Shown here: positions 10,880 to 21,479 of the stretch, piece after piece | Layout of the letters: each line of letters opens with the position of its first letter | Numbering within the stretch: the stretch's first letter is position 1 | Notes under the pieces: generated by a model | What the model was told of the DNA's origin: nothing | The model's input: only the letters and a program-made list of their open reading frames with translations | Database searches by the model: none | Made by a program: the position numbers and the translations under genes | Origin: Candidatus Moraniibacteriota bacterium | Lineage (GTDB): Bacteria > Patescibacteriota > Minisyncoccia > Moranbacterales > DUUL01 | Length of the DNA: 64,000 bases | Reading direction: 5' to 3' | Assembly: GCA_041583775.1 (NCBI GenBank) | Contig: JBFHFF010000004.1 | Span: 66,428-130,427 of the forward strand

Positions 10880-11356
10880 GTGAAAAAACAAATACCACAA
10901 ACTATGCTAATCTTTTTTGTATTTGGTATAATATCGGGATTCTTATCCCTTATTATAATGGCGCTAATTCCTTCGAAATTTGCTAACAATGAAACTATTT
11001 TTAGCATTTCCTTGCTTGCCTCTATTGAAGAAATTGTTAAATTTTCACTTCTTTATTTCATTTTCTCAACACATTCTATGAATTTATTTCCAAAAATTCT
11101 AAGATTACTCATCCTTCCTGTTTTTCTTGGTTTGGGTTTTGGATTTTTTGAACTTTCAATGATATTTTTTGGACAAGCGAATCTTCCAACTGAGGCATTT
11201 TTTCCTACCGGTATACATATAATTTCAGCTATTTTACTTGCCAATGCTGTTGATGTTCTATATTTAAGTGGCTTAAAAATTCGCTCCCTAACCTTTCTAC
11301 TGTTGGCAGTTTTTATCCATATATGTTATAATGTCACTATAGTTAAGATTATCTAA
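10880..11356 (+). CDS. small polytopic membrane protein, possibly a PrsW/CPBP-like intramembrane protease
   Basis: Hydrophobic 158 aa with an EEIVK (EExxK) motif and later His and Asn/Asp residues; weak. Confidence 0.35.
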   Translation: MKKQIPQTMLIFFVFGIISGFLSLIIMALIPSKFANNETIFSISLLASIEEIVKFSLLYFIFSTHSMNLFPKILRLLILPVFLGLGFGFFELSMIFFGQANLPTEAFFPTGIHIISAILLANAVDVLYLSGLKIRSLTFLLLAVFIHICYNVTIVKII

Positions 11357-11397
11357 TCTTAGAGTTTTTAAGGATTATAAAAAAATAAAAGTAGAAA

Positions 11398-11979
11398 ATG
11401 ACAAAACAAAAAAAATCCTTTTTTGAAAAGCTAACTGGCATCAAAAAGATTACTGACGAGGACCAGTTTGAAGAATTGGAATTACAAGAATCGCCAGAAG
11501 GGGGCTTCGTAACACAGTTTGAATCACAGGAAGAAGATATATATGAATTTCCTGAAGAACAAGAACCTGAAGAACAAATTCAACAACAATATATTCAAAA
11601 ACAACCTATGCAACAACAACAAGAAGAGTTTGAACAACCAATTGAATCAGAAGGTCAACTAACAATTGATGTATATCAAACAAATGATGATATCGTCATC
11701 AAATCAACAATCGCAGGAGTAAAACCAGAGAACCTTGATGTGAATATCAACAATGATATGGTAACCATACGAGGAGAAAGACAACAAGATGAGGAAATTT
11801 CTAGCGATAACTATTATTATCAAGAGTGTTATTGGGGTCCATTCTCAAGAAGTGTAATTCTTCCTGTTGAAATTGTCGCCGACAAAGCTGAAGCCACAAT
11901 GAAAAATGGCATTCTAACATTGAAACTACCAAAGGCTGACACAACAAAGACTAGAAAAATTCAAGTTCGAGGATTCTAA
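11398..11979 (+). CDS. Hsp20/alpha-crystallin small heat-shock protein with a Q/E-rich N-terminal extension
   Basis: Alpha-crystallin domain (LTIDVYQT...ILTLKLPKA) preceded by a low-complexity acidic/Gln-rich region. Confidence 0.8.
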   Translation: MTKQKKSFFEKLTGIKKITDEDQFEELELQESPEGGFVTQFESQEEDIYEFPEEQEPEEQIQQQYIQKQPMQQQQEEFEQPIESEGQLTIDVYQTNDDIVIKSTIAGVKPENLDVNINNDMVTIRGERQQDEEISSDNYYYQECYWGPFSRSVILPVEIVADKAEATMKNGILTLKLPKADTTKTRKIQVRGF

Positions 11980-12008
11980 AGAATTGATTTTAAACTTTTT
12001 ATACTGAA

Positions 12009-12031
12009 AGCCAGCCACAAGCTGGTTTTTA
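12009..12031 (+). terminator. intrinsic terminator after the Hsp20 gene
   Basis: gccagcc...gctggtt hairpin followed by a T-run. Confidence 0.45.
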
Positions 12032-12107
12032 GCTCCCCATCGTTCACATTGCAAATTTTTATTTATTTCAAACTTGAGAAAAATAAAATTCAGTTTATTC
12101 TAAGTAT

Positions 12108-13526
12108 ATGAATTCCATTTTAAATAAATTATTTTCAATAGTTCTATTTTCCACCTTATTCACGGTAGGTTTTTTTGCTGATTCAAGTTATGCCACAGGC
12201 AACGAACAACTCTTCTTTAATGATAACACAAACCTCCAAGAATACTTGGAAACAAATTTTGATTTACAACTTCAAGAGAAAAAGTTTTCATTTAAACCTA
12301 GCGATTTCGCCACTTGGAAGATAGATTTTACCTTAGAGGAAGAATATTATTCTGAAATAGAAAAGAGTACTCTCTGTCAAGATGGCATTTTCACAGACTC
12401 CAATATAGATAACTCTCTTATTGACAAATATTTTTCAATTTGCGACTTAACTAAAACCATAAATTCGATTGAGAACTTTAAAAAGGGTGCAATTCTAAAA
12501 ATAGACGAGCAAAAGGTTGAGCAATTTGTATCAACTTTAAGTGAAAAGGTTTTTTCTTTACCCAAAAATGCCAAGGTTCAAATGAAATTCGAAGACAACA
12601 TCGAAATCACTGGGGGAAATACAGAAAAAAATACTGCTAAAGAAGACCAAGAAAAACTAAAGGGGGAATTAGAAATTATAACACCTGCTGAGTCGGGCTT
12701 TTCTCTTGATGAAGAAACGACTACTGAAATTATCTTAACTGCCCTACAAAAATCTCAAGAAGAAAGAGTTTTTCAACTACCAATGAAAGAAGAAAAACCG
12801 AAAATTTCAAAAGAAACTTTAAGCGAATTAAAAATAAATGATCAAATAGGACACGGGGAGTCAAATTTTGCTGGTTCACCAAAAAATAGAATCTACAATA
12901 TAAATCTTGCAACTAACAAATTTAACGGAATATTGTTAAGTCCAGGCGAAGAATTTTCTTTTGTTACTATTCTGGGACCAGTAGAAAAAGAAACTGGCTA
13001 CAAAGAAGAGTTGGTCATTAAAGACAATAAAACAATCCCTGAATATGGCGGAGGTGTATGCCAAGTATCAACAACTGTTTTTCGGGCAGCCCTCAACACG
13101 GGACTTAAAATCACCGAGCGACAAAACCATTCATATCCAGTCCAGTATTATAACCCACAAGGAACAGACGCCACTATATATTTGCCAAATCCTGATTTGA
13201 AATTTATTAACAACACTCCTGGATACATTCTCTTTCAACCATCCATTGAGGGAAATAAGTTAACTTTTGATTTTTTTGGTGAATCAGACAACAGAAAAGT
13301 TGAAATTGAGGGACCGAAGGTCACCGAACGAACATCTGAGGGCGTTTTAAAAATCAAACTAAAACAAATCGTAACAGACGCAAATGGTAAATTAATTTTT
13401 GAAGACACTTTCAATAGTGTATATGATAATCCTGCTAAATACCACGAAACTGAAATTCTGAAAATAAAACCTGACAATTGGTCCGTTCGTCAGTGGAATG
13501 ACTATAAGAAAAGTCATAATATGTAA
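12108..13526 (+). CDS. secreted VanW-domain protein
   Basis: Signal peptide; C-terminal GGGVCQVSTTVFRAALNTG VanW signature. Confidence 0.75.
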   Translation: MNSILNKLFSIVLFSTLFTVGFFADSSYATGNEQLFFNDNTNLQEYLETNFDLQLQEKKFSFKPSDFATWKIDFTLEEEYYSEIEKSTLCQDGIFTDSNIDNSLIDKYFSICDLTKTINSIENFKKGAILKIDEQKVEQFVSTLSEKVFSLPKNAKVQMKFEDNIEITGGNTEKNTAKEDQEKLKGELEIITPAESGFSLDEETTTEIILTALQKSQEERVFQLPMKEEKPKISKETLSELKINDQIGHGESNFAGSPKNRIYNINLATNKFNGILLSPGEEFSFVTILGPVEKETGYKEELVIKDNKTIPEYGGGVCQVSTTVFRAALNTGLKITERQNHSYPVQYYNPQGTDATIYLPNPDLKFINNTPGYILFQPSIEGNKLTFDFFGESDNRKVEIEGPKVTERTSEGVLKIKLKQIVTDANGKLIFEDTFNSVYDNPAKYHETEILKIKPDNWSVRQWNDYKKSHNM

Positions 13527-13557
13527 ACTCATTAACAACACTTAACATCAAAAATCT

Positions 13558-14412
13558 ATGTATTTTTTATTTGATATCGGTGGAACAAAAACCAGAGTCG
13601 CTATTTCAGTCGATAAAAAAACAATATCTGATTATAGAATATTGGATACTCCTGATAATTTCAAAGAAGGGGTCAGGTTAATCGTATCCACTGCTATTGA
13701 ACTTTCAAAAGGGGTGAGGATAACGGCAATCTGTGGCGGAGTTGGAGCTCCTTTAAACAAAGAAAAAAGAAGTGTAACTCTTTCTTATCGAAACATAGAC
13801 AAGTCTCTTTCTAGTTGGGCTGGCGAACCTTTGTATGATGAGCTTGAAAATAAACTTGGAGCGCCTGTCTTCTTGGAAAATGATGCATCTATCATCGGAA
13901 TAGCAGAGGCCGCTCAAATCGAAAATTACAAAAGCAAGATCATTGCTTATTACACAGTTAGCACAGGCGTCGGTGGTTCACTTATTAACTATGGTAAAAT
14001 TGCTCCGAACAAATTTGGCTTTGAACCAGGTAATCAAATTATCGACCCCTCACAAACGCTTTGCCCTAACTGTGAGAAGCCAGGGAGATTAGAAGATCTA
14101 ATTGGAGGAAATTATATCAAAAAAAGAACTGGCAAACTGCCAGAAGAAATTAATGACAAAGATTTTTGGAATAATATAGAAAAATTTTTAGCAATTGGGT
14201 TGATAAATTCAACAGTACATTGGTCTCCCGATATCATTATTTTAGGTGGTTCTTTAATGCGGAAAATTTCAATTGAAAATATTAAAAGACATTTCAAAGA
14301 AAAACTTCTTATCTATCCAGAACTACCAGAAATAAGGTTAGCAAAACTGGAAAACCTAGGGGGATTGGAAGGAGCAATAACTTTTTTAAATTCAAAACTA
14401 GAAAATAACTAA
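13558..14412 (+). CDS. ROK-family sugar kinase (glucokinase-like)
   Basis: N-terminal DIGGTKTRVA ATPase motif; CPNCEKPG cysteine motif. Confidence 0.7.
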   Translation: MYFLFDIGGTKTRVAISVDKKTISDYRILDTPDNFKEGVRLIVSTAIELSKGVRITAICGGVGAPLNKEKRSVTLSYRNIDKSLSSWAGEPLYDELENKLGAPVFLENDASIIGIAEAAQIENYKSKIIAYYTVSTGVGGSLINYGKIAPNKFGFEPGNQIIDPSQTLCPNCEKPGRLEDLIGGNYIKKRTGKLPEEINDKDFWNNIEKFLAIGLINSTVHWSPDIIILGGSLMRKISIENIKRHFKEKLLIYPELPEIRLAKLENLGGLEGAITFLNSKLENN

Positions 14413-14424
14413 TTTTACAAATAA

Positions 14425-14452
14425 AAAAACAAGCTTATTTACTTGTTTTTTT
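14425..14452. terminator. bidirectional terminator between convergent genes
   Basis: acaag/cttgt hairpin flanked by an A-run and a T-run. Confidence 0.4.
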
Positions 14453-14461
14453 ATTTATTTT

Positions 14462-14956
14462 TTATTTTAAAATTCTAATAACTTCCACCTTCCCTTCACT
14501 GCCCTCTTCACTTGACTCTTTTACTGAGATTACTTGTCCTATTTCTAAACTTGCAAAATTTGCAGCAATATCGGGATTTTCTTTTGTTTTTTTGTCAGAA
14601 AAAACAACTCTCGTCAAGGGGTCTGTTTGAAACATTAAAACCTTGCCAGCATTTTTTGCTTCTGATTCTCCAATCTCAACAATAATCTCTTCTTGTGAGG
14701 CTGCTAACAACATACCAGCGACTTCAGTGTCTATATCTTTTTGTATTTTATTTTTTTCAAAAACGAAAACTTTTGGATGTGATACTTTTCTAACTCTTTC
14801 TTTTTTAACTACTTTTTTGAATACAGAACCATCTTTTTTAAATTGTGCAATCTTAAAAGTTGCAATACTAAAAAAAGCAAAAATAAAAACTATGCCAATC
14901 AAAACAGCAAGATCTGAAGGAAAAACCCCTTTTCTTTTTTTTGAAAATGTTTTCAT
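14462..14956 (-). CDS. hypothetical TM-anchored protein
   Basis: ORF trimmed to Met MKTFSKK..., because the longer ORF would overlap tRNA-His. Confidence 0.5.
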   Translation of the reverse strand: MKTFSKKRKGVFPSDLAVLIGIVFIFAFFSIATFKIAQFKKDGSVFKKVVKKERVRKVSHPKVFVFEKNKIQKDIDTEVAGMLLAASQEEIIVEIGESEAKNAGKVLMFQTDPLTRVVFSDKKTKENPDIAANFASLEIGQVISVKESSEEGSEGKVEVIRILK

Positions 14957-14982
14957 TTTTTTGTATTTTGTTTTTAAATTCT

Positions 14983-15055
14983 GGGCGACTAGAGGGAATC
15001 GAACCCTCGTTAGCGGTACCACAAACCGTCGTTCTACCGTTGAACTATAGTCGCC
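14983..15055 (-). tRNA. tRNA-His (GTG)
   Basis: Cloverleaf read by eye: extra G at -1, acceptor GCGACTA/TAGTCGC, anticodon loop TTGTGGT, C73. Confidence 0.8.
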
Positions 15056-15180
15056 ATCATACTAAATAAGCAATTAAATGCTTATACAAGAAACATTATA
15101 TCATAGCAAATAAAATTAACAAGAGTTGAGAAAATTCAAACATTCGACTTATCATTCAACCCATCTAAAAATCCTCTAGA

Positions 15181-16182
15181 CTAAACAATATTTCTTTCTT
15201 CGTTCTTTTGAAATTCTTCAATATTTTCAATGGTTGTGTTGTAGATTCTTTCGATTGCCTCTCTACTATTAAAAGCGTTATGTGGCGTGAAAACAACATT
15301 TTCCATTTCAAAAATTGCTTTATCTCGAAATACTCCTCGTAATTTTTCAGTATTTTTCTCTGATGAGAGAAGTTCCCTCTCTTCTTGAATAGACTCTTCT
15401 CCCTCAATCACATCCAGACCAGCTCCTGCTATCCTACCATTGCTCAATGCTTCATATAAAGCCTCAGTATCAACTAAAGCACCTCTGCTAGTGTTGATTA
15501 AAATCGCAGAATTCTTCATTTTTTCAAAAGAATCGTGATTTATCAAATGAAAAGTGTCTTCATTAAGAGGAACACTCAAAGAAACAATGTCCGAATTTAC
15601 TAAAACTTCATCTATTTCGCTTGTATATTTGAAGTTTAAAACTTCGGCCAAAATCTCGTCCCGATATTTATCATAAGCGATTACATTCATACCGAAACCT
15701 TTGGCAATTTTAATAATATGTTTTCCGATGTGCCCAACCCCAATTACTCCCAGTGTCTTCCCACGAAGATCAAACCCTTGCAAACCAACGATTGAAAAAT
15801 CATTCCTCTTACTTCTTAGATATGATTTATGCACATGTCTTGATAGCGACAAAATCAATGCAAAAGTGTGCTCTGCAACAGTGTTTTCACCATAAAAAGG
15901 CACATTTGCAACTTTTATTCCACGCCTTTTGCATTCCTCCATATCAATATGATCGAAACCAGTTGAACGAGTAGCAATAAATTTAAGATTGTGGAATTTA
16001 TCTAAAACTTCCTTGGAAATTTTAGAATAAATAAAAATAGAAATAGCTTCCGCCTCAGAATCACCTTCTTTAAGTTCTGCCTCATGAGCAAGATCTTCAT
16101 AAAAATCAACATCATGGTTTGCTAATTTATTTTGAATAAAAGACTGAAATTCGGGCTGTGCTTCAAAAAACAAAACTTTCAT
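15181..16182 (-). CDS. D-isomer-specific 2-hydroxyacid dehydrogenase
   Basis: GVIGVGHIGKHI NAD-binding motif, 333 aa. Confidence 0.8.
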   Translation of the reverse strand: MKVLFFEAQPEFQSFIQNKLANHDVDFYEDLAHEAELKEGDSEAEAISIFIYSKISKEVLDKFHNLKFIATRSTGFDHIDMEECKRRGIKVANVPFYGENTVAEHTFALILSLSRHVHKSYLRSKRNDFSIVGLQGFDLRGKTLGVIGVGHIGKHIIKIAKGFGMNVIAYDKYRDEILAEVLNFKYTSEIDEVLVNSDIVSLSVPLNEDTFHLINHDSFEKMKNSAILINTSRGALVDTEALYEALSNGRIAGAGLDVIEGEESIQEERELLSSEKNTEKLRGVFRDKAIFEMENVVFTPHNAFNSREAIERIYNTTIENIEEFQKNEERNIV

Positions 16183-16342
16183 ATTTATAAAATTATTTTA
16201 TTACTTTTAATTAATTGTAACACCTTTAAGTCTTAAAAACTAGTAAGATGCTAAAAAAGAGCCTTTCCACACATTCTCTTTGCCCCTGACCGAAATATTT
16301 AGCAAAGCTACACAAAATTATTTCATCTCAAAGTAATAAAAC

Positions 16343-16370
16343 AAAAAAAAACGGTCTAGGACCGTTTTTA
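16343..16370. terminator. bidirectional intrinsic terminator downstream of the tRNA-Lys/Arg pair
   Basis: A9-acggtc-tag-gaccgt-T5. Confidence 0.55.
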
Positions 16371-16412
16371 TGCACTGTGTTAAATATAACACCACCTTAA
16401 AATACCATCTTG

Positions 16413-16486
16413 TACGCCTGGCAGGACTCGAACCTGCAACCCCTTGATCCGAAGTCAAGTACTCTATCCAATTGAGCTACAGGCGC
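16413..16486 (-). tRNA. tRNA-Arg (TCG)
   Basis: Cloverleaf by eye; anticodon loop CTTCGGA; G1-U72; 3' end ...A-CA. Confidence 0.75.
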
Positions 16487-16505
16487 ATATAATCTGCAAT
16501 AATTG

Positions 16506-16578
16506 TACACCATGCAGGATTTGAACCTGCGACCGTTCGCTTAAGAGGCGACTGCTCTACCGACTGAGCTAATGGTGC
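16506..16578 (-). tRNA. tRNA-Lys (CTT)
   Basis: Cloverleaf by eye; anticodon loop CTCTTAA; G1-U72. Confidence 0.75.
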
Positions 16579-16659
16579 AAAAATAAAATGTAAACTACAA
16601 AACTTAGCATAAACCAAAAAAACATTTTCGTCAATATGAAAAAGATTGATTGATCTTCG

Positions 16660-17685
16660 TTAAATTACTTTTTTAACAACATCTCTATAGTCATTTAAGT
16701 TAATAATATAATCAATTGTTCTCGCTAATTTTCTATGGCTATGCCTAATTAAGGCTCTCTCGTCAGCAATTTTATCTGCCCTACTATATTCTTGTTCTTT
16801 GCCAAGTAAATGAGCTGTTATAATTTTACACCTTCTTTTTTTATCTTTTGGTGGTTTTTTAAATTCCAAGACACTCTCTCCTCTTTCTTCGTATTTCCTT
16901 TTTAATGTTTGTGTTGGTTTTTGAGTGTTGAAAATAGCATAATCAATTCTTTCTTTGCCAATATATTTATTAATTGAATCAATATAATCCCCCAATAAAA
17001 AACTTTCTGTGTGGCCCTTTTTGTTTACCAAATTTGCAACATAAACAACTTTAGCTTTTGTCTGGATTAGTGCTTTAGAAATTCCACTAACCAATAAGTT
17101 TGGAATTATGCTACAATAATGATTTCCTGGACCAATAACAACTATATCCGCATTTAAAATTGCATTAACGGCCTTTAGGTTTGCTCTCGCAAAAGGCTTT
17201 AAATATATTTCCTCCAAACCAATTGATTCAATGTCATCACTTTTATTTATCTCGGCTTCTCCGGAGACAATACTTCCATCTCTAAGCTTAAGTTGAAGAT
17301 TTACATTGCTTTTTGTAACTGGAATAACTTGGCCACGAACATTTAAAGCCTTCATTGCTACATCAAGTCCCTCAGAGAAATCGCCTTTCATTTTTTCCAG
17401 ACCAGATAGAAAGAGGTTGCCAACAGCATGCCCCTTTAATTCCCCAGCTTCAAAACGATAATTGAATAAATCCCTCCAAATAAGTGGTTGTTCGCTCAAT
17501 GCCACGAGACATTGCCTTACATCACCTGGGGGCAAAACCCCTAATTCATCACGAAGTCTACCAGTAGACCCTCCATCATCAGCCATAGAAACTACTGCAC
17601 TAATATCAAAATCAAAATTTCTTAATCCTGACAATAAAACAAAACTCCCCGTCCCGCCTCCTATGGTTACAACTTTCTTCCTCAT
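16660..17685 (-). CDS. YvcK/CofD-like (UPF0052) gluconeogenesis-factor family protein
   Basis: VTIGGGTGSF...MADDGGSTGRLR signature. Confidence 0.8.
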   Translation of the reverse strand: MRKKVVTIGGGTGSFVLLSGLRNFDFDISAVVSMADDGGSTGRLRDELGVLPPGDVRQCLVALSEQPLIWRDLFNYRFEAGELKGHAVGNLFLSGLEKMKGDFSEGLDVAMKALNVRGQVIPVTKSNVNLQLKLRDGSIVSGEAEINKSDDIESIGLEEIYLKPFARANLKAVNAILNADIVVIGPGNHYCSIIPNLLVSGISKALIQTKAKVVYVANLVNKKGHTESFLLGDYIDSINKYIGKERIDYAIFNTQKPTQTLKRKYEERGESVLEFKKPPKDKKRRCKIITAHLLGKEQEYSRADKIADERALIRHSHRKLARTIDYIINLNDYRDVVKKVI

Positions 17686-17689
17686 TTGT

Positions 17690-19102
17690 TTAAGCCTTAA
17701 TTTCTTGCTTTAATTCCTCCAAAGCCTTTTCTAATTGTGGATCTTTTTTGTTTTTATAATCTTCTTCAGTCATTTTCACTTCAACATCTGGCTCAAGACC
17801 AACTTCATGTATTGAAGTTCCTTTCGGAGTTAACCATTTAGCAATTGTGATTTTTATGTTTGATTCATCACTCAATTCTAAGAGTTGCTGAACAGACCCC
17901 TTTCCAAAACTTTTTTCACCTATTAGTTTCACACCCTTTATATCTCTTAATGCGCCAGCAAGAATCTCTGAGGCACTTGCACTTCCACCATTCATTATCA
18001 CAACAATAGGTATGTTTAATAACTTATCTACCTTCTTACCTGCTGTGAACGGAACCTTATTATCACTCCTTCCCTTCTCCCAAACTACAACTTCTCCGTT
18101 TGAAACAAAAGTCGAAGCCATATCAACAGCAACATCCAAATAACCTCCTGGGTTATTTCTCACATCGATAATTAATCCATCAACATTGTCAATAATTGCT
18201 GTACTGATGGCTTTATCAAAATTTTCCCCAGTGTTTTCAAGAAACTTAGAAACTTTTATATATCCTATATTTCCTTCCTTTTTCTCATATTTAACGCTTT
18301 GTAATTCAATTACACCTCGAGTAATTTCAATTTCAACAGTCTCTCCCGTCTCACCTCTGGCGACAGTCAATTTTACAATCGTGCCCTTCTCTCCCCGAAT
18401 TCTTTTCACCGCATCATCAACAGTCATTTCAAGCGTAATTTCATCAAAAATTTTCACAATTATATCTCCAGCTCGTAAATCAGCTTTTTCAGCTGGAGTT
18501 CCCTCTAGTGGTGCAATTACTGTGAGCATTCCGTCTTTCATTCCCAGTTCTGCTCCAATTCCTTCAAAACTACCTTCCATATCTGTGTTAAAATCTTTTG
18601 CTTCTTCAGGGTTCATATATGCTGAATATGGATCACCGGATGCCGACACCATACCCTTAATTGCACCATAAATTCTTTTTTCCGGATCTAACTTATCAAT
18701 ATCTACGAATTTATCATCCATTTGTCTCCATGCCTCCCAAAAAACACTCATATCAACATCCTCAAGTTCTTTCTTATTAGCACCAAAGAAAATATCATTA
18801 GACCTTGAAGAAGGGTTTATAATATTTGAAATCTTATTTGATATAGTCTCTCCTCTCGAAGATTTGTTGCCCAAAAGAAATCCCACGAAAAATATAACCA
18901 CCACCAAAGTAACAATGCCAAAATAATTCTTCTTCTTTGAAATTTTATTAATTGAATTAAGACTATTGCCATCCGAATTGTCAGGATAAACATCTTCTCC
19001 GGTTTTTATTTCCTCTAAGGATTGAGCGTTTTGCTCTTTTTTGAACAAATTTGTGTCCGTTTTTTTTTCTACCTCTTCTATAATATTATTTTTTTTTGGC
19101 AT
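17690..19102 (-). CDS. ctpA: carboxy-terminal processing protease (S41) with PDZ domain
   Basis: GGSASASEILAGAL S41 motif; N-terminal TM and low-complexity region. Confidence 0.8.
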   Translation of the reverse strand: MPKKNNIIEEVEKKTDTNLFKKEQNAQSLEEIKTGEDVYPDNSDGNSLNSINKISKKKNYFGIVTLVVVIFFVGFLLGNKSSRGETISNKISNIINPSSRSNDIFFGANKKELEDVDMSVFWEAWRQMDDKFVDIDKLDPEKRIYGAIKGMVSASGDPYSAYMNPEEAKDFNTDMEGSFEGIGAELGMKDGMLTVIAPLEGTPAEKADLRAGDIIVKIFDEITLEMTVDDAVKRIRGEKGTIVKLTVARGETGETVEIEITRGVIELQSVKYEKKEGNIGYIKVSKFLENTGENFDKAISTAIIDNVDGLIIDVRNNPGGYLDVAVDMASTFVSNGEVVVWEKGRSDNKVPFTAGKKVDKLLNIPIVVIMNGGSASASEILAGALRDIKGVKLIGEKSFGKGSVQQLLELSDESNIKITIAKWLTPKGTSIHEVGLEPDVEVKMTEEDYKNKKDPQLEKALEELKQEIKA

Positions 19103-19110
19103 ATTTTTAA

Positions 19111-19953
19111 CTATTTTTCTTGATTAAACTCATCGTGAGGGTTTTTCTTTCCCATAAACTTAGAGAAATATTTGACAGAGCTTACAATATGAGCCCTCGT
19201 ATATTTATTAAACAGAACCGAATTCAAGACATTCTTGCTAGCACTCGCCCTTCCGTGATAATGGAAGACTTTTATATTTGGGTTGTAAATCACTTTGTAT
19301 TTTTTTTCCCAAAAGCGCCTACACCAATCAACATCTTCAAAATACATAAAATATCTACTATCATATTTACCCACCACATCAACAGCACTTCTTTTTGTCA
19401 TCATAGCACTTCCCATAACCCAATCAGCACTAAAAGACTTATTTGTTGCTTGTTCTTTTTTCATCAAGAATTTTTCCAAATGTTTTTTTGCGAAACCCAT
19501 TCTTCCCAAAAAAGTTCTTCTATAAAAAACTGTTATCGGGGAATAAAATTTAAAACAAGACTGTTGAACAGAATTATCAAAATTGATTAACTTTGGTGCA
19601 ACAATGCCAACAGTGTCATCCTTCTCGATAAATTTCAGCAATTTGCTTACAGCATTGTCTTTGATTATTATATCAGCATTTATAATAAACAAAAATTCAC
19701 CCTTGGCTCTCCCAAGTCCTTGATTAACTAATGCCCCAAATCCCCTATTCCTTTTATTTGATATAAAAACAACACCACTAAAACACTCTCTAAACAAATC
19801 ATATGTCTTTTCCTCGGTGCTACTATCCGCAACAATTACTTCATATTCTAAATCTTTGATACTTTTTTGAATTGACTCTAGACAGAGTCGGAGCAACTCA
19901 GTGTTTTTGTATGATGTAATTATAATTGATAACTTGGGTTTGCTTACCCTCAT
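19111..19953 (-). CDS. family 2 glycosyltransferase
   Basis: LSIIITSYKN...VADSST GT2 N-terminal signature. Confidence 0.75.
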   Translation of the reverse strand: MRVSKPKLSIIITSYKNTELLRLCLESIQKSIKDLEYEVIVADSSTEEKTYDLFRECFSGVVFISNKRNRGFGALVNQGLGRAKGEFLFIINADIIIKDNAVSKLLKFIEKDDTVGIVAPKLINFDNSVQQSCFKFYSPITVFYRRTFLGRMGFAKKHLEKFLMKKEQATNKSFSADWVMGSAMMTKRSAVDVVGKYDSRYFMYFEDVDWCRRFWEKKYKVIYNPNIKVFHYHGRASASKNVLNSVLFNKYTRAHIVSSVKYFSKFMGKKNPHDEFNQEK

Positions 19954-19969
19954 AAGTTAGGGTTATTTT

Positions 19970-21349
19970 TTACTTTGATGTTTCTATTTTCAAGACAGTC
20001 TTAGTTTCGGTATGCGAAATTACTTTGGTTCCCTCTGGAATGTTTAGGTCTTCTATTTTAAAATTAGTAGTCCCAGTTTCTTTTATTTTATGCAATTTAC
20101 TAAGATCGATTGTAATTTGATTTTCACTATAACTTCCCTCTATTTCAATCTCAAAAATCTTTTGGGTCACTTCTGTTTTATAACCGCTAGAAGCATCCAC
20201 TGAACCAGTAACTTTAATTGGGATCGTTCTAATCCTTCTTTGTGGTTTAGCTGATTGCTTTATAGGATCAACATCGCTTTGTCTTGCAATTGTAAAAATA
20301 TTTTTACAAACCTCCTGAATTTCAGAATAATTATATGCTCCAGCTCTTGGAACAAGGACATATCCAGCCCCTTGTATATCTTCAGGCACCGTTAATAGAC
20401 CCTCTTCTGTATTTTCTAGAACCCTTTGGTATGTTTCAGCATTTTGCATACCTACATACTCATCAAAAAACCCTCTCATTTCGCTCGGCGGAATATCTGT
20501 TTTTACATTATCTCCAATTGCATCTAATATTTTACTTACTTTTCCAAAATCTGCCAGAGTTCCACGAGAAATCATTTTATCTCTCAATGCCTTCAGAACA
20601 ACTTGTTGTCTTTTCGCGCGATCAAAATCTGAAGTATTCTCCCTTGCGCGAACATAGCAAAGTGCCGTATCCCCAGTCAGATGATTGTCGCCTGCAGGCA
20701 AAATAAATTCTCCCCCGCATTCATTTCCTTTGACGAACTGCGAAACTTCATAAAAAGGTGTTTCAAGGTTAACATCAACACCATCTACAGCATCTATTAG
20801 TTGCTTAAAGCCAGTGAAATTGATTGAAGCTGCATAATGAATGTTTAGCCCAGTAATTTCACCAACAATTTTTTTCATTTGTGAAAGACCCTCGTTTTTT
20901 CCACCCTGCTCTCCATATGCATGAACTGCATTTATTTTTGAATAATTTTCTGCTCCAGGATTTTTAACATACAAATCTCTTGGAATTGAAACTAGTGCAA
21001 TTTTATCCTCATCTTTCTTTAATGAAACTACCATATTAACATCTGATAAAAGATCGCCTCCTAAAATATTTGTACCTCTTACTCCTAATAGCAAGATATT
21101 CGTCCTTCCATCACTTTCTTGCTGAACATCATCTCCTGATGCAACACTAAAAAGACTTTTTATTGCAGACTGATTTCCTCCTGAAATTTTGCTCAAAACG
21201 CTACCTGATTTATATAAAAAACCTCCACCTATAGCCAAAAAAGCAAAAATAACAACAGCAAAAAACCAAAAAACCTTTTTTTTATAAAAAGCTTTATTTT
21301 TCTGTCTTTGTAGGCCAGCTCTACTTTTTTGCCCTAGAAATGTTCTCAT
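19970..21349 (-). CDS. LytR-CpsA-Psr (LCP) family protein with C-terminal extension
   Basis: TM anchor, TNILLLGVRG...DVNMVVSL...IPRDLYV LCP core. Confidence 0.8.
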   Translation of the reverse strand: MRTFLGQKSRAGLQRQKNKAFYKKKVFWFFAVVIFAFLAIGGGFLYKSGSVLSKISGGNQSAIKSLFSVASGDDVQQESDGRTNILLLGVRGTNILGGDLLSDVNMVVSLKKDEDKIALVSIPRDLYVKNPGAENYSKINAVHAYGEQGGKNEGLSQMKKIVGEITGLNIHYAASINFTGFKQLIDAVDGVDVNLETPFYEVSQFVKGNECGGEFILPAGDNHLTGDTALCYVRARENTSDFDRAKRQQVVLKALRDKMISRGTLADFGKVSKILDAIGDNVKTDIPPSEMRGFFDEYVGMQNAETYQRVLENTEEGLLTVPEDIQGAGYVLVPRAGAYNYSEIQEVCKNIFTIARQSDVDPIKQSAKPQRRIRTIPIKVTGSVDASSGYKTEVTQKIFEIEIEGSYSENQITIDLSKLHKIKETGTTNFKIEDLNIPEGTKVISHTETKTVLKIETSK

Positions 21350-21479
21350 ATAGAAATTTATTTAATTACTTATTTTTTATTTTTTACTAACAAACTCAAC
21401 AAATCAAATATACACCTTTTGTCATTAAACTTCAATAGTATTAATGGCAATTTTAGACTATATTAAAATTGCTTATTTT

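Noticed and set aside
14957-15022. N-terminal extension of the 14462..15022 ORF
   Set aside because: It would overlap tRNA-His on the same strand, so the start was moved to the Met at 14956.
15165-15407. 80-aa ORF overlapping the 3' end of the dehydrogenase gene
   Set aside because: It is on the same strand in another frame within a well-supported gene, so it is treated as spurious.
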